A stretch of 64,000 nt of DNA from the human T2T-CHM13v2.0 reference genome, Homo sapiens. Shown here piece after piece: positions 44,560-58,500 of the stretch (position 1 is the stretch's first letter; every line of letters begins with the position of its first letter). Where the stretch lies: NCBI RefSeq assembly GCF_009914755.1, contig NC_060933.1. One strand, given 5' to 3'. The notes under the pieces are model-generated. The model was not told the DNA's origin. It saw nothing but the letters and a program-made list of their open reading frames with translations, and ran no database searches. Made by a program: the position numbers and the translations under genes.

Positions 44560-45620
44560 TTCCTAGAGCTACTGACATTTCATTTGAGCTTCTCTATCTA
44601 GTCCCCATGGAGAACATGGCCATCCCTGTGCGAACCTTGCTGGAATCAGTCCACCCAAGTCTACTACAGCCCTCTGCTAATCAAAGGAGAGGAGGTTACT
44701 ATGTGGAATGTTGGTCCTTAGTGAACTCATGCAGTTCCTAAGGATCAGTTTCTTTAAAATGCCTACCAGGTGATCTTTCAGTAGACTGTCCTAGATTTTT
44801 AGCTACAAGATGGCAAATCCACAGGCAGAAGGCACAAACTGGTAGCCTATTGGCCCTATCTCTCTACAGTCCTATTTAATTCAGCCCTCACAATATATAT
44901 TTTTTAATTTAAATAATTATCCACATTTGAAAATAATACAATTTAACATTAAAAAGTTAAAGTTCTAGCAATTCTGGACATTTCTACAACCAGCTGGAGC
45001 TCAGTGACAGCTGCCCTTTTCAGAGAGAGCTTAACCTTTCAAGCTCATAGGACCTCCACTAGCTTTACTTGACTCTTTCTAAGTTGTTATCTGGTCTCCA
45101 TAAACATTTAAATTTACTATCTCTCTACACAACCCACCTTCTTCCCTTTTAGAAAATCATGACTGCGCTTAGCTGAGTCCAGTCTTCTGACACATGTTCA
45201 GTTTCACACCTTTTCCAAGATAACCAAAAGTGGTAGAGAATCTCATTTGCAAGGTCTTAGCAGTTCCCTGGGATATAACGTTCCTGGTCCAGGAGGCATG
45301 AAACTTGGTGCTCACTCACAGTCTCTTCACCAGTTGGTCTTCGATGAGCTTTTCTATGCTCTTGATTGTTCTACCCTTTTCATTCATAAGGTCTTTCTCC
45401 TTGACAGAGTGAATGGAAGGCCAAGAGTTTTGGAATGGCTTTGAAAGCACTTACCCAAGGCATTTACTTCTGCATTTTTTATGCTTCAGTTTGCGTCAAA
45501 CAAAAAATGTGTGTCTTTTGATGATGTCCTGAGCATTGTCCACAAGTCACAGTTTATCCTGAGCTTTTGCTTTTCTAATGTCACTTGCACACATATTTAT
45601 CATCCTTTATGTTCATTATT
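44560..45620 (-). mobile_element. L3/CR1 ORF2 relic interrupted by MER102
   Basis: Minus-strand remnants IRKAKAQ, PGPGTLYPREL, VSEDW, CATGAGTTCACTAAG (QHGFTK-like) and GATTCCAGCAAGG (DFSKAFD-like) occur in CR1 order. Confidence 0.65.
44822..45125 (+). mobile_element. MER102-type hAT-Charlie element
   Basis: CACAAACTGGTAGCC...GCTGGAGCTCAGTGACAGCTGCCC...CATTTAAATTT. Confidence 0.65.
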
Positions 45621-47174
45621 TGATTTATGGCCATGTTCTTTTAAGATCTGAGCTCACACAGAGCTCCCTGTGAAGCCACAGGATTCGGTCTATTTAGATA
45701 TTGCCTCTGTTTCTTCTACAACAGGATTGTAGGCAATTTCATAAACAAAATGCCCAGCCCTGGGACCTTCCCAACCCTTCTGAGACATCTACCACTTTAG
45801 AATTTCAAACTAGCTGTATCTTTTCCCTAATTTTTTTTCTTTTCTTCTGACTAACACAAGCTCTGTCTCTCAAAGTTTTTCTCCTCTCTGATCATAATTA
45901 TGTACAGGAGAGGGTACTTTATCTACCCACTGAGAGAAAAATCTGTAGGGCAAGTGAAGCTGGGTGGAATCTGATACCCTCTAGGTTCTAGCTTTACCCT
46001 TTTGAATTATATGGGAGTAGAGCACCTTCTGGGGGAAAAAAACCCTCAGATATATGTCACATATTAGAGTAACTGGCAAGGTAGGGGTACCCAATCAAAA
46101 GTGAACTGCAAAAGGATTTGCAGATCTCTTGGAGATAATTTCCTCCAAAAAAAGAGGAGTTTTGCACCGGGGGAGTTGGTTCTGGGGAAAAAGGTTCTCT
46201 GGGGGAAAATGTTCCAAGACAGATGGGGAGATTTTATTTGAACCCACTCTGACTGTCTCCCTAACCCCTCTCCCCATTCAGGCAGACATGCGTGCCCTGG
46301 AAAGAAGAAAGTAGAAGGATCAACTAAAAGAGCTCTCCCACTAAATGGCTGTGGGCTCCTCTAAGAAACTGAAACATGGAAGAAGGAAGGACCAGCCAGC
46401 CAGAACAGCAGTGGGTATCAAGGAATGATATAAAAGCAAGCTCAAGACAGTCAAGATTCAAGGAGCTATATACCTTGCTTCCTTTCCAGAGCTGAAATTT
46501 GAGTCAAGAGTCCATTTCTTCCATCTGGCCAGATGATCTCCAGGATACTCTCATGTATGTCAATAATAACTTTTCTTTTATAATTTTGTCTTTCTCAATA
46601 TTTAACTCACAGTTCAATGCATTTCCATTCAAATATGTGTCTTGTGATATGTGGCACTACTCTACCTCCTTTTCTGAAAGGCTGCTCCTTTCTAACAAGG
46701 TGAACACCTCCACTGCCATATTTAGGTATAAGGATCCTCCCATCAAGTATCTGAGACTCCTAAAGCTGTATCTCCCTTCTCATATTAAAATATGAAAATA
46801 TTCTATTTCTCATATACTAGTAAGTCTTTCCAACCTCTTGCTACATTCTCACCTTTTGTTTCCTGAACTTTTCCTCCTCAGTCTTATGCTTTTGGATAGG
46901 TAACAACCAGTTCTACAATTTAATCCAAATAGTCCCTGAGAGCACCATGATCTTCCAGTCCTTACGTGATAATAGTTACTAGTAATGGTGACAATAGATA
47001 CCACTTACTGCGTAGCAACTATGTGCTGTTTACATATATTGTCTCTTATCTTTGCAAGGGAAATTTTCATCTCCACATTATAGATGAAAAACTAAAACTC
47101 AGGAGATTGAATAACTTACTCAAATTTCCAAAGCTATTAAAGCGGATGGGCTGATCTAATAGTCAGAGTCCACA

Positions 47175-47590
47175 TGACATCCTCAAAAGAGATGACTGAA
47201 GAAAATTTAATGGAGAGACCATCTTAAGGTGTAAGCAGAGATATAGAAAACTTACAAGGAATGGTAAAGCAACTCATGGTTAAAAATAGCAGAAGACTTT
47301 TACCATCCTAGGGCATTACAAGGCAAGAAGAGTCAGTGGTTACCGGAATCTGGAGAGAGAGAGTCACAGGACAGCGCCAGCTGTCAGGAACAGCCATGAC
47401 CAAGCTGCAGCCCAGCAGATAAGGAGCTGGGAAAATAAATACCCTGACCTTACTTCCCACCCTCTGATTACTTTCCAGTACCTGCCATTGGCTAAACCCA
47501 ACAGGAGGCAAGAGACCAAAGTCTCCTAGCTTCCCAGCCTCCCAGTGCAAGCAGCAAGGTGGAAAGGGATGGAAAATAAATCTGGAGGTC
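47175..47590 (-). mobile_element. LTR33-like ERVL LTR
   Basis: GGGAAAATAAATACCCTGACCT...CCATTGGCTAAACCCAAC...GGAAAATAAATCTGGAGG. Confidence 0.65.
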
Positions 47591-48449
47591 TTGTTGTTTC
47601 TAAAATGCCATGACACATTTACCTCAAGCTAAGAGCTCTTCATTTTGGAGATCTAACACCCTGATCACCAAATCCAAATTCCATTCTCAGTCATGTTTCT
47701 TAGATTGTCATTCAGTTCCCAGATAAACCTATTTCTTTCAAGCTATTTTCCCAAATAGTGACCTGAAGAAGTAGGGAAGAAAGCCACACTGATGCTCATA
47801 AGTTCTACAGTGTCCTGATCATCTCAGAAGAGTCCTTGATGACAACATTTGCCCACACAAATGATTCATTAAGAGTGGAATAGCTCAGCAGACTCTGCCA
47901 CTGCCCATATACATTTGCTTCAAGAAGTCAGTCCTCCTCCTGATGAGATGACTGGCCCAATCCACAGTTCCTTTAAATCCTTTACACCTTGATTTTCTCT
48001 TTGGCCTTTACTCTCCTACCCATACCCTATCTATCTCTATTTTAAGCAGGAATACCAAGAAGCATTCATCAGTCTCTTTCATGTTCTTCTGTATCATGGA
48101 AATCTGTTAAGACCTTTGGTGACTACTGATTACTGGTTAACTGTGTAACCAACATGCCCCCATCTTTGAAGGATATCTTCCATGACTCTCTCAAAGATGA
48201 CTATTTTTTTCTCAAAAATAGTAATTGTATTGGTCAGTTCTCAAGATAATAAGTGGGTCATTTTTTTCAGGCAGTTAGTTTTATTGCATTACAAAGTCAT
48301 GTGGAATAAAACACAATTATGTATGTAGGAAAACCTAAGAAATCTATAATAAAGTTTCTAGAACAAGTGAATTTAGCAAGGTCACAGGTTACAAGGTCAA
48401 TATTTAATATCAATTACAATTTTATATACTAGCCATGAAAAATTAGAAA

Positions 48450-48868
<419 letters not shown>

Positions 48869-49134
48869 CTATGATAAATTCAGAACACCTGAATAAATTA
48901 ACAGATACATGTATGTTTATGAACTGCAAGTCTCAGCGTTAAGATATTAATTCTCTCCAAAATGATTTTAGATTTGGTGTTATACCTATAAAACCCCAGT
49001 AGTCTTTTTTGTGTAGCAGTTGACACACTGACTCTAAAATGTATGTGAAATTGTAAATGACCCAGAATATCCAAAACAATTTTGAAAAAGAAGCACAAAG
49101 TTGGAGAACTTACCTTACCTGACTTCAAGACTTA

Positions 49135-49428
<294 letters not shown>

Positions 49429-50705
49429 TCAACTAATTTTCAACAAAGGAGCCAGGATCATTCAATAAGGAAAAGACAGTCTTCAACCAACTGGGCAGGA
49501 ATGACTGGATATCTGTATGCACAAAAAATGAACTTCAACCCTTAACTCAGGTCATCCATAAAAATTAACTTGAAATAAATCATAGGACAAAACATAAAAA
49601 CTAAAACCATAAACTTCTAGAAGAAAACATAGGAGAAGATCTTTGAGACCTTGAAGATTTTTATTCGGGACACAAAAAGCATGGAACATAAAATAAAACT
49701 GGCAAGTTGGACTTCTTCTAAGAAGCAGTAATGGTCCTGAGGCTACTGTGTAGGGCCAGTTTAGGTCAGCTTGTCATGTAGATGAGTCACTTTTCCTCTT
49801 CTTATGTTTGTTCTTATGCTAACAAACATGTTTAATTATCCCTCAGCCGAAGCTCTTGAGTTCTACCATAGTTTGAGGAAAGTGCTCCAGTCAAACCTGT
49901 TCAAGTTCTCTGCACAGGACTGTGTCTCAATCCCAGCTAACAATAAAATGTGAATTTGTGGTTCTCTTACTTTTTCTTTGTAATACATAAAAAGAAGAGA
50001 TTGAGCCAATTCAGAATTTATTCTTTTCTGGGTCTCAGGCCATAATAATATCCAACATTGTCAACACCTTATGATTAACTTTGCACAGGCTTCCTGCACT
50101 GATTCCATGCTTTGCCTCATTCCATGGCGCTAAGAAGCAGTGTTCTCTAAGCATTAAATTAGAATCCTTAAACCTAGTTAATTGGCCTTCTCCCTGGAGA
50201 AAGAAAACTCTTCCCAAGAGAACACTTCTACCCTAATCTGCCCTACAACCCTTAGAATACAATTTACCTTGGATCACCATGGATATTTTTCCCATTATTG
50301 AACCTCAAATCCCACCAAAGTACCCATCTCTGGCTTAACTAAAGACATGGACATTGATAAAGATGTGCCTCTCCTGAAATGACTCCAAGATATCTTAACC
50401 GCTTGAAACAACTTTCCGCTGCCCAAATCCCTGCCCTTAGGGTCAGGACAATGAGATGGGCCACAGAAACCTAAGAATAAAAGTAATTGAGGCTGAAACC
50501 CTTCAAAGGAAGAGCACACATCAGTGGTGTCATACACAATGAATCTATTGACCTATTTCTGGCCTCATCTTTTGCTAGCCCTTGATTTGTGGACTTGAGT
50601 CTTTATTCTTCTGCATGAACCCAGCAATTTCGGAATTTCTGAAATATCATGCTGAAACCTCCCCTTAGCACCTTAGGGTTCTAGTAATGTCTCTAGCATC
50701 AGATA

Positions 50706-50793
50706 TTAAGTTGGTGCAAAAGTAATTGCAGTTTTTGCCATTACTTGTATTGTAATTGTGGCAAAAACTGCAATTACTTTTGCACCGACCTAA
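50706..50793. mobile_element. MADE1 (Hsmar1-derived Mariner MITE), miR-548-type hairpin
   Basis: 35-bp inverted arms TTAAGTTGGTGCAAAAGTAATTGCAGTTTTTGCCA / TGGCAAAAACTGCAATTACTTTTGCACCGACCTAA; TA TSD at 50704-50705 and 50794-50795. Confidence 0.95.
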
Positions 50794-52579
50794 TATATTC
50801 CTTTGGATGTAGTCCCAGCTGACTTGCTTTATCTAAAAGAAACCGATTGCTATTAATTCTTTTTAAAAAGCACAGAACTGAGGAAAGCTTTTGAGGTTTT
50901 TCTGCAGCTCTGTCATAAATTCTTCAGTTCATTTCTTTTCCGGACCCTGGAGACACAAAGATGGCCCTTGACCACAAAAAAATTACCCTCTGGTTAGAGA
51001 GAAACTGGAGCTAGTCTCATAATTTTTTGAGCTAAGACCTGTTTACAGGGCTGGTATGAGAATCAAATGGGAAAATGCAAACTCCATGCACAATGAATTC
51101 ATGTATATTCTACACGCAAGGAACAGTATATCTAATGTGTCTTCCACGAGAGGTTGTATTAATGAGATCCTCAGTCTGAAAACAAAGTACAAAAAAAAAA
51201 AACTAATTAGCAGAAACCTTACTTGAATTCTAGATTTATACCAAAAACATAATTACTTAGGCAGTGTGCTATCTTTATCTCCTTTATTTACCATTAAGGA
51301 TATCACCTGAGTTACTTTTTAAAATGTTTGTTTGCTCTGTTTTCACTTTAACAAAATGGCCCCTTCAACCCAACCTCTCAGCCACTCTTCTCGCCAAACA
51401 GGACACTCACTCTATACGTAATAGGCCTCAGAGATGGCCTTGAAATGGGACCTCCACTTGTCCCCAGAGTCTTCTTGGGCTCTACCATTAGCCATTCCAC
51501 AGAGAAAGGGTTTCAAAGTACCCTGTCTTCAATATAAAATTTAAGTCTTGTAGCTGCTAAGTTGCAGATTTAACTCATGCTTAGCTTTTCACCCTCCTCT
51601 TCTTCATGCTCACCCCTACCCAGCCTCCCTTGTCTCATTTGTGTACACGTCAACTTGCCTCACTAGATCCTAATTTCATTCGAAAACAAAAACTATATGT
51701 CTCTTTCATCTTAAGGAGGTCTCTGGCATTGTCTAGTTCAATGTTTTGCACACAATAAATCCTAATACACATTTTAAAAGAAATTGATCAACATACTAAA
51801 GCCTCTCTCAAAAAGAATAGATCCCTGAGAGCTGGATATGACCAGAAAACAGCAGGACTCCTTGTCTGGGGTTTGGATGAATGGGAAGGTGAACTGGTCA
51901 ACAGAGGCCGGGGCTGCAGTAGGCACCGTTGCCGAAACTTGGAAAATTGCTAATGTGGGCCCAATCTTTTCCAGAGGTACCACTGGGAACTTGGGGATTA
52001 CAGACCATTTAAACTCCACCTTGATATCTATCAGGACAACAGAAGGAGAGTTTACAGAAGAAAAGAAGCATACAATGCAGATAAGGTGGATGTGACACTA
52101 GGTCTCAGCATGGCTTTCCCTGGGGAGGCTTGGCCTCTGCAGCCAGGGTGAGTTCTTTGATAAGGAGAATGAAGGGGCAGACTGTTCAACACAGTTGTAC
52201 GAGAATCAGATTTGTTCATGTTTTCAGCCAGTTTGGGTGGGAAGTAGAACACAGGAACTCAAGGAAAACAGGAGTTTGCATGGGTTCTTGCTTGGATTCA
52301 AACATCTTCCTAGCAGGAAACAAATGTGATTAACTTGGGTAGCACAGCAGTGAGCTGGGAATTCCTAAAGAGTCACTTAATAGAAGAAATGCATTCCAGC
52401 CAGGTTTGCTATAAAGAGTGTTTCTGTGGGTGAATCCTACATGCCTACTGATTGCATTTTTTAAAAAATCAAGCAGAGTGTTCCGAAATAGGAACCAATA
52501 ATCCGAAGAAGTATACCAAAATATTGATCATAGTCAGAGTGCTAGAGAGTTATGATATCCAAATGCCTTTTGGATATTT

Positions 52580-53050
52580 CTATCTCTGTACCCTCTGAAA
52601 TACCTAGATTCAACATTAAATTATAGACCCTCTTAAACTCACGTCCCTGCCTATGCTCCCCATTGCTAAAATAAAGATCACCATCATCCTCCCAGTCACA
52701 AAGGTGTGAAATACAGGAGCTGTCTTTAACTCCCTCTTGCCAGTTTTATCTCAACACTATCCCTCTTCTTCAACCCAGTTAACACTGCCACAGGTCAGAC
52801 TTCATCAGGTCTTATGAAAACTAAAACACTAGCTTCCTATCTGGTTTTTCTACCTCCTGATATTTCCCTGAAAGCTCGCTCCACACACTGCTTCCAGATC
52901 AATCTTCAAAAACCACATCTGTAATTGTGTCATGCTCCCACTCAAAAACCTTTGAAGGCTTCCCATTGTCTAAACAAAACCTTAACATTGTAACCTAGAA
53001 GTCAAGAGCTGCATAATCTGGTTCCAACGTAACTTTACAGTCTTCCTTTA
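52580..53050 (+). mobile_element. L2 fragment
   Basis: CACCATCATCCTCCCAGTCAC...CTCAAAAACCTTTGAAGGCTTCCCATTG. Confidence 0.7.
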
Positions 53051-53269
53051 TTCCCCTGCACTTTCATTTCTCTTCAAATGAATTCAACTTTAATTAAAGT
53101 ACTATCTACGATTTATTGAATACAGTCCAAGCATGCATGTGCACTAGCTCACTAGCTCTCTATGTTTTTTATCTATAGCAACATATGTAACATATATAAA
53201 AACATAGATATATAAATATCACACACACACACACATATAAAACACATCTCCATGAGATATATCTTGTGA

Positions 53270-53385
53270 TTGATCCCCATATGACAAATGAGGAAACTGA
53301 GGCCCAGAAAGATTAAATAACCTGCCACAGGTCACCCATTCAGTAGATGACAGAGCCAGGTCTTCATCTCCAAAGCCCAGGCCTT
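53270..53385 (-). mobile_element. MIR
   Basis: ATGAGGAAACTGAGGCCCAGAAAGATTAAATAACCTGCC. Confidence 0.8.
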
Positions 53386-54055
53386 GCATCTCTACCCTAA
53401 AGAATTTTCCCTGTTCTGAAAGCTCCTTCACTACCCCCTCCACCATGAAAAGCAAATGATTATGTTACTCTTGCCTTAGTGCTTTTAGTTCCCTGAAGCT
53501 CTTTGTTGCACAATCTGGATGAGGAGTTTTCTAGCTCCAATTTTCTATAAAGATTTAAATCATCAGAAGTGATCACTTCTGGTGATCACGTAGTTATTTG
53601 TTTCTAATTTCAATTTATCTGGATCAGGAATTGTCCTTATAGAATGGAACTGTTTTTCCTACTCTTTTGACAAGCAATAGAGGAAGAATTGGATAAGCGA
53701 CATGTATTCACTTAAGGAAAATCAGGATGGTTTGTGAAATCTCATCTGAATCTCTTCTCCATGGCCTGATTTTCACATGGAATTGAGAAATGTACACAAT
53801 ATGCCTGCTGAAGGCGTTGGGTAGAAGGAGCAATCTGGAGGCACAGAAAAAAATGATGTGATGCTATGGAATTTTTTAAGATTCTCTGAAGGTGCATGTC
53901 CTGCTGATGTTAAAGCTAAAATAGTGTTTTTGTCATAGCTATTAAATGATATTAGCTGATTATTTTCACAGGTTTAATTCTAGTACCTCTATGAGTATTG
54001 ACTAGGCTTTTGAACAAAGAGGTCATCCTCTTGCTACACTTGCAAACTACCATGC

Positions 54056-54406
54056 TATCTCAGTTTGTTCATGCTGCTATAACAAAATGCCTGAGACTGG
54101 GTAACGCATCAATAATAGAAATATATTTCCTCACAGTTCTGGAGCTGAGAAGCCCAAGATCAAGGCACAGACAGATTTAGTGTTTGATGAGTCCCAGTCC
54201 TAATAGATGGTGACATATAGGTATCCTCACATGGTGGAGGGGTTGAAGAATAAAAACAGTCAGGCAGCTCTCCGAAGGCACATTCATGAGGACAGAGCTC
54301 TCATAACTTAGTCATTTCCCAAAAGGCCCCATATCTTAATACTATTGCATTAGGGATTAAGTTTCAACATGAATTTTGGAAGGAAACAAACATTCAAATC
54401 ATAGCA
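54056..54406 (-). mobile_element. MSTC/D-type MaLR 3' LTR of a provirus
   Basis: TATCTCAGTTTGTTCATGCTGCTATAAC...CATTCAAATCATAGCA followed directly by the PPT (TTCTGCCCC). Confidence 0.9.
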
Positions 54407-55425
54407 TTCTGCCCCTTCCTGCTTCAAAAAATTCATGTCCTTCTCACAAATAAAACACATTCATTCCAACCAAATAGCCCCAAAAGTCTTAACTTATTTC
54501 AGCATCAACTTTAAAGTCGAAGTCCAAACTCTTCTAAATCTGATATGGGTGCAACTCAAGACACAATTCATCCTGAGGCAAATTCCCCTCCAGCTGTGAG
54601 CCTGTGAAATCAACCAAGTTATATGCTTCTAAAATACACGGTGGAATGGCATAGAATAGACATTCCCATTGCAAAAGGGACAAACAGGGAAGAAGAAACA
54701 GGTAGCAAGTCCCAAGAAAGTCCAAAATCCAACAAGACAAACAATATTAAATCTTAAGGCTGGAGAATAATTTTCTTTGACTCCATATTCCATCTTCCAG
54801 ACACACTGGGGCAGGGGTTGGGCTCTGAAAGCTTCAAGCAACCCTGCCCCTGTAGCTTTGCTGGGAGCAGTCCCTGCCTCAGCTCTCCCAGTCTGTAATT
54901 GCATGCTGGCAGCTCTAAGTCTGGAGTCTCAGGGGTAGCCCTACCCCATGGCTCCAGTAGACATTGCCCTAATGGAGACTCTGTGGTGCTCCTGTCCTCA
55001 CAGCTCCTACATTCTGTGTGCCTGCAGAGTTTGCACCACATGAACACCACCAAGGTTTACAGCCTGTGCCCTTCTTGGGGTAGGGTGGGGATGTGATGGC
55101 ACATCATACTGCACCATTGCAGCCATATCTGGGCTGGCTGAAGACCCCTGTGCTGGAATGCATGGAAAGAAACATGAGGCATCCTTGGACAGTGAGCCCT
55201 TAGGTCCCATGGGCATCCTCAGTCCTTCCCTTGAAACTGACCTCAAATCCCTGGCCCTCTGGGCCTATGATAAGAATGCCAGCCTTAAAGATTTCTAAAA
55301 TGCCTTCAGGGTCATTCTTCTTTATTTTGATGAACAGCACCTGGCTTCCTTCTAGCCATATTAATCTTCTTAACAAAAGGGTCTCTTGGCTGCACCCTTG
55401 ATATTCTCTTTTGAAAGCACTTTTT
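54407..55425 (-). mobile_element. MST-int internal region, partial
   Basis: MaLR internal motifs CCCAAAAGTCTTAACT, GGCAAATTCCCCTCCAGCTGTGAGCCTG, CTGGAGAATAAT, GCACCTGGCT. Confidence 0.85.
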
Positions 55426-55580
55426 CTTTCTTCTTTAAAAAATGTTAAATGCTACTTTAATTATGTCAATTTCCTACTCCAAAACCTTCAGTGACTTCCT
55501 ATTGCCTTTTTGTAAAGCAAGGTTTAAGGGAAATGGTATACTTATCTGTTACTGAATCTTATTTATTGATTAATATTATT

Positions 55581-58500
55581 TCTCTTCTTTTTTAATTTCT
55601 AATTTTTGTGGTTACATAGTATGTGTACATATTTATGGGGCACATGAGATATTTTGATACAGGTATACAATGAATAATAATCATATCAGGGTAAGTGGGG
55701 CATCCATCACCTCAAGCGTAACCTTTGTGTTACAAACAATCCAATTATATACTCTTTAAGTTATTTTAAAATACAACTATTATTGACTATAGCCATCCTG
55801 TTATGCTATCAAATGCTAGAACTTATCTATTCTTTCTATTTTGTTTTTGGACTCATTGAGCAGCCCCACTTTCCCCCCACTCCTCCACTACCCTTCCCAG
55901 CCTCTGGTAACCATTATTCTACTATCTTCATGAGTTCAATTGTTTTAATTTTTAGCTCCCACAAATAAGTCAAAACATACAAAGTTCGCCTTTCTGTGCC
56001 TGGCTCATTTCACTTAACATAATGACCTCCACTTCCATTCATGTTGCTGCAAATGACAGTATCTCATTCTTTTTTATGGCTGAATAGTACTCCATTGTGA
56101 ATATGTACCAAATTTTCTTCATCCATTCATCTGCTGATAGACACTCAGGATGCTTCCAAATCTTGGCTATTGTGAATAGTCCTGCAATAAACATAGTAGT
56201 GCCGATACCACTTTGATATTTACTAATTCCCTTTTTTGTGGGTATATACCTAGCAGTGGGATTGCTGGATTGTATAGTAGTTTTATTTTTAGTTTTTTGA
56301 GGAAGCTCCAAACTGTTCTGAATAGCGGTTGTACTAATTTACATTCCTACTAACAGTGTATGCGGATTCCCTTTTCTCCACATTCTCAGCAGCATTTGTT
56401 ATTACCCATCTTTTGGATAAAAGCCATTTCAACTGGGGTAAGATGATATCTCATTGTAGTTCAGATTTACATTTCTCTGATGATCAATGATGTTGAGCAC
56501 CTTTTTGTGTATCTGTTTGCCATTTGTATGTTTTTATTTGAGACGTGTCTATACAGATCTTTTGCCCATTTTCAATCAGATTATTCGACTTTTTTCCTAT
56601 AGAGTTGTTTGAGCTCCTTATATACTCTGATTATTAATCCCTTGTCAGATGGGTAATTTGCAAATATTTTCTCCCATTCTATGGGTTGTCTCTTCACTTT
56701 GTTGATTGTTTTCTTTGCTGTGCAGAAGCTTTTTAACTTGAGGCAATCCCATTTGTCCATTTTTGCTTTGGTTGCCTGTGCTTGTGGGGTATTACTCAAG
56801 AAATCTTTACCCAGACCATTTTCCTGGAGGTCTCCCCAAAGTTTTCTTTTAGTGGTTTCATAGTTTGAGGACTTAGATTTAAGTATTTAATCCATTTTGA
56901 TTTGATTCTTTATATAGCAAGAGATAGTCTAGTTTCATTCTTCTGCATATGGATACACAGTTTTTTCAGCACCATTTCTTAAAGAAACTGTCCTTTCCTC
57001 GATGCATTTTCTTAGCACCTTTGTTGGAAATGAGTTCACTGTAGATGAACGGATTTATTTTTCAGTTCTCTATTCTGTTCCATTAGTCTATGTGTCTATT
57101 TTTATGACAGTAGCATGACATTTTGGTTGTTATAGCTCTGTAATATAATTTGAAGTCATACAACATAATTCCTCCAATTTTGTTCTTTTTACTCAGGATA
57201 GCTTTGGCTATTCTGGGTCTTTTGTGGCCAAAAAAACTTTAGGATTGTTTTTTTTCCATTTTTGTGAAGGATGTCATTGATATTTTGATAGGAACTACTT
57301 TGAATCTATAGATTGCTTTAGGTAGTTTGGATATTTTAACAATATTGACCCTTCTAATCTATGAACATGGTATATTTTTCCATTTTATTATGTCCTCTTC
57401 AATTTCTCTCATCAATATATTTTATAGTTTTCATTGTAGAAATCCTTCCCTTCTTTGATTAATTGCTAAGTATTTTATTTTATTTGTAACTATGGTAACT
57501 GGGATTAATTTCTTGATTTCTTTTTCAGATTACCCACTGTTGGCATATAGAAATGCTATTGATTTTTGTACGTTGATTTTGTATTCTGCAACTTTACTGA
57601 ATTTGTTTATCATTTCTAATAGCATTTTGGTGGAGTCATTAGTTTTTTCCAAATACAAGATCATAACATCTGCAAACAAGAATAATTTGACTTCTTCCTT
57701 TCCAGTTTGGATGCCCTTTATTTCTTTCTCTTGTCTGATTGCTCGATCTAGGACTTACAGTACTATATTGAATAACTGGTGAAAGTGGGTATCTTTGTCT
57801 TGTCCCAGATCTCAGAGGAAAGGCTTTCAGTTTTTCCCCATTCAGTATAATTCTAGCTGTGGGTCTGTCACATATGGCTTTTATTATGATGAGGTATGTT
57901 CCTTTTATTACCCTGTTTTTTAGGGTTTTTATCATGAGGGGATGTTAAAATTTATCAAATGCTTTCTCAGCATCAATTGAAATGATCATATGGGTTTTGT
58001 CCTTCATTCTGTTGATAAGATGTATCACACTGATTGACTTGCATATGTTGAATCATCCTTGCATCCCTGGGATAAATCCCATTTGGTTATGATGAATGAT
58101 CTTTCTAATGAATTGTTGAATTTTGTTTGCTAGTATTTTGTTGAGGATTTTTGCATCAGTGTTCATCCAGGGATATTGGCCCGTAGTTTTCTTTTCTTTT
58201 TTTAATGTGTCTTCATCTAGCTTTAGTATCAGTGTAATATCAGCCTTGTAGAATACATTTTTGGAAGTATTTCCTCCTCCTCTATTTTTCAGAATAGTGT
58301 GAATGAATCAGTATTAGTTCTTCTGTAAATGTTTGGTAAAATTCAACAGTGAAATAATCATGTCCTGGGCTTTCTTTGCTGGGAGACATTTTATTACAGC
58401 TTTGCTCTCATTACTTGTTATTGGTCTATTCAGGTTTTAGATTTGTTCATAGTTCAATCTTGGTAGGAATTTATCCATTTCTTCTAGGTTTTCCAATTTA

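Noticed and set aside
45247-45620. Processed pseudogene or coding exon with donor GG|GTAAGT at ~45455
   Set aside because: Protein-like remnants match CR1/L3 ORF2 motifs with stops
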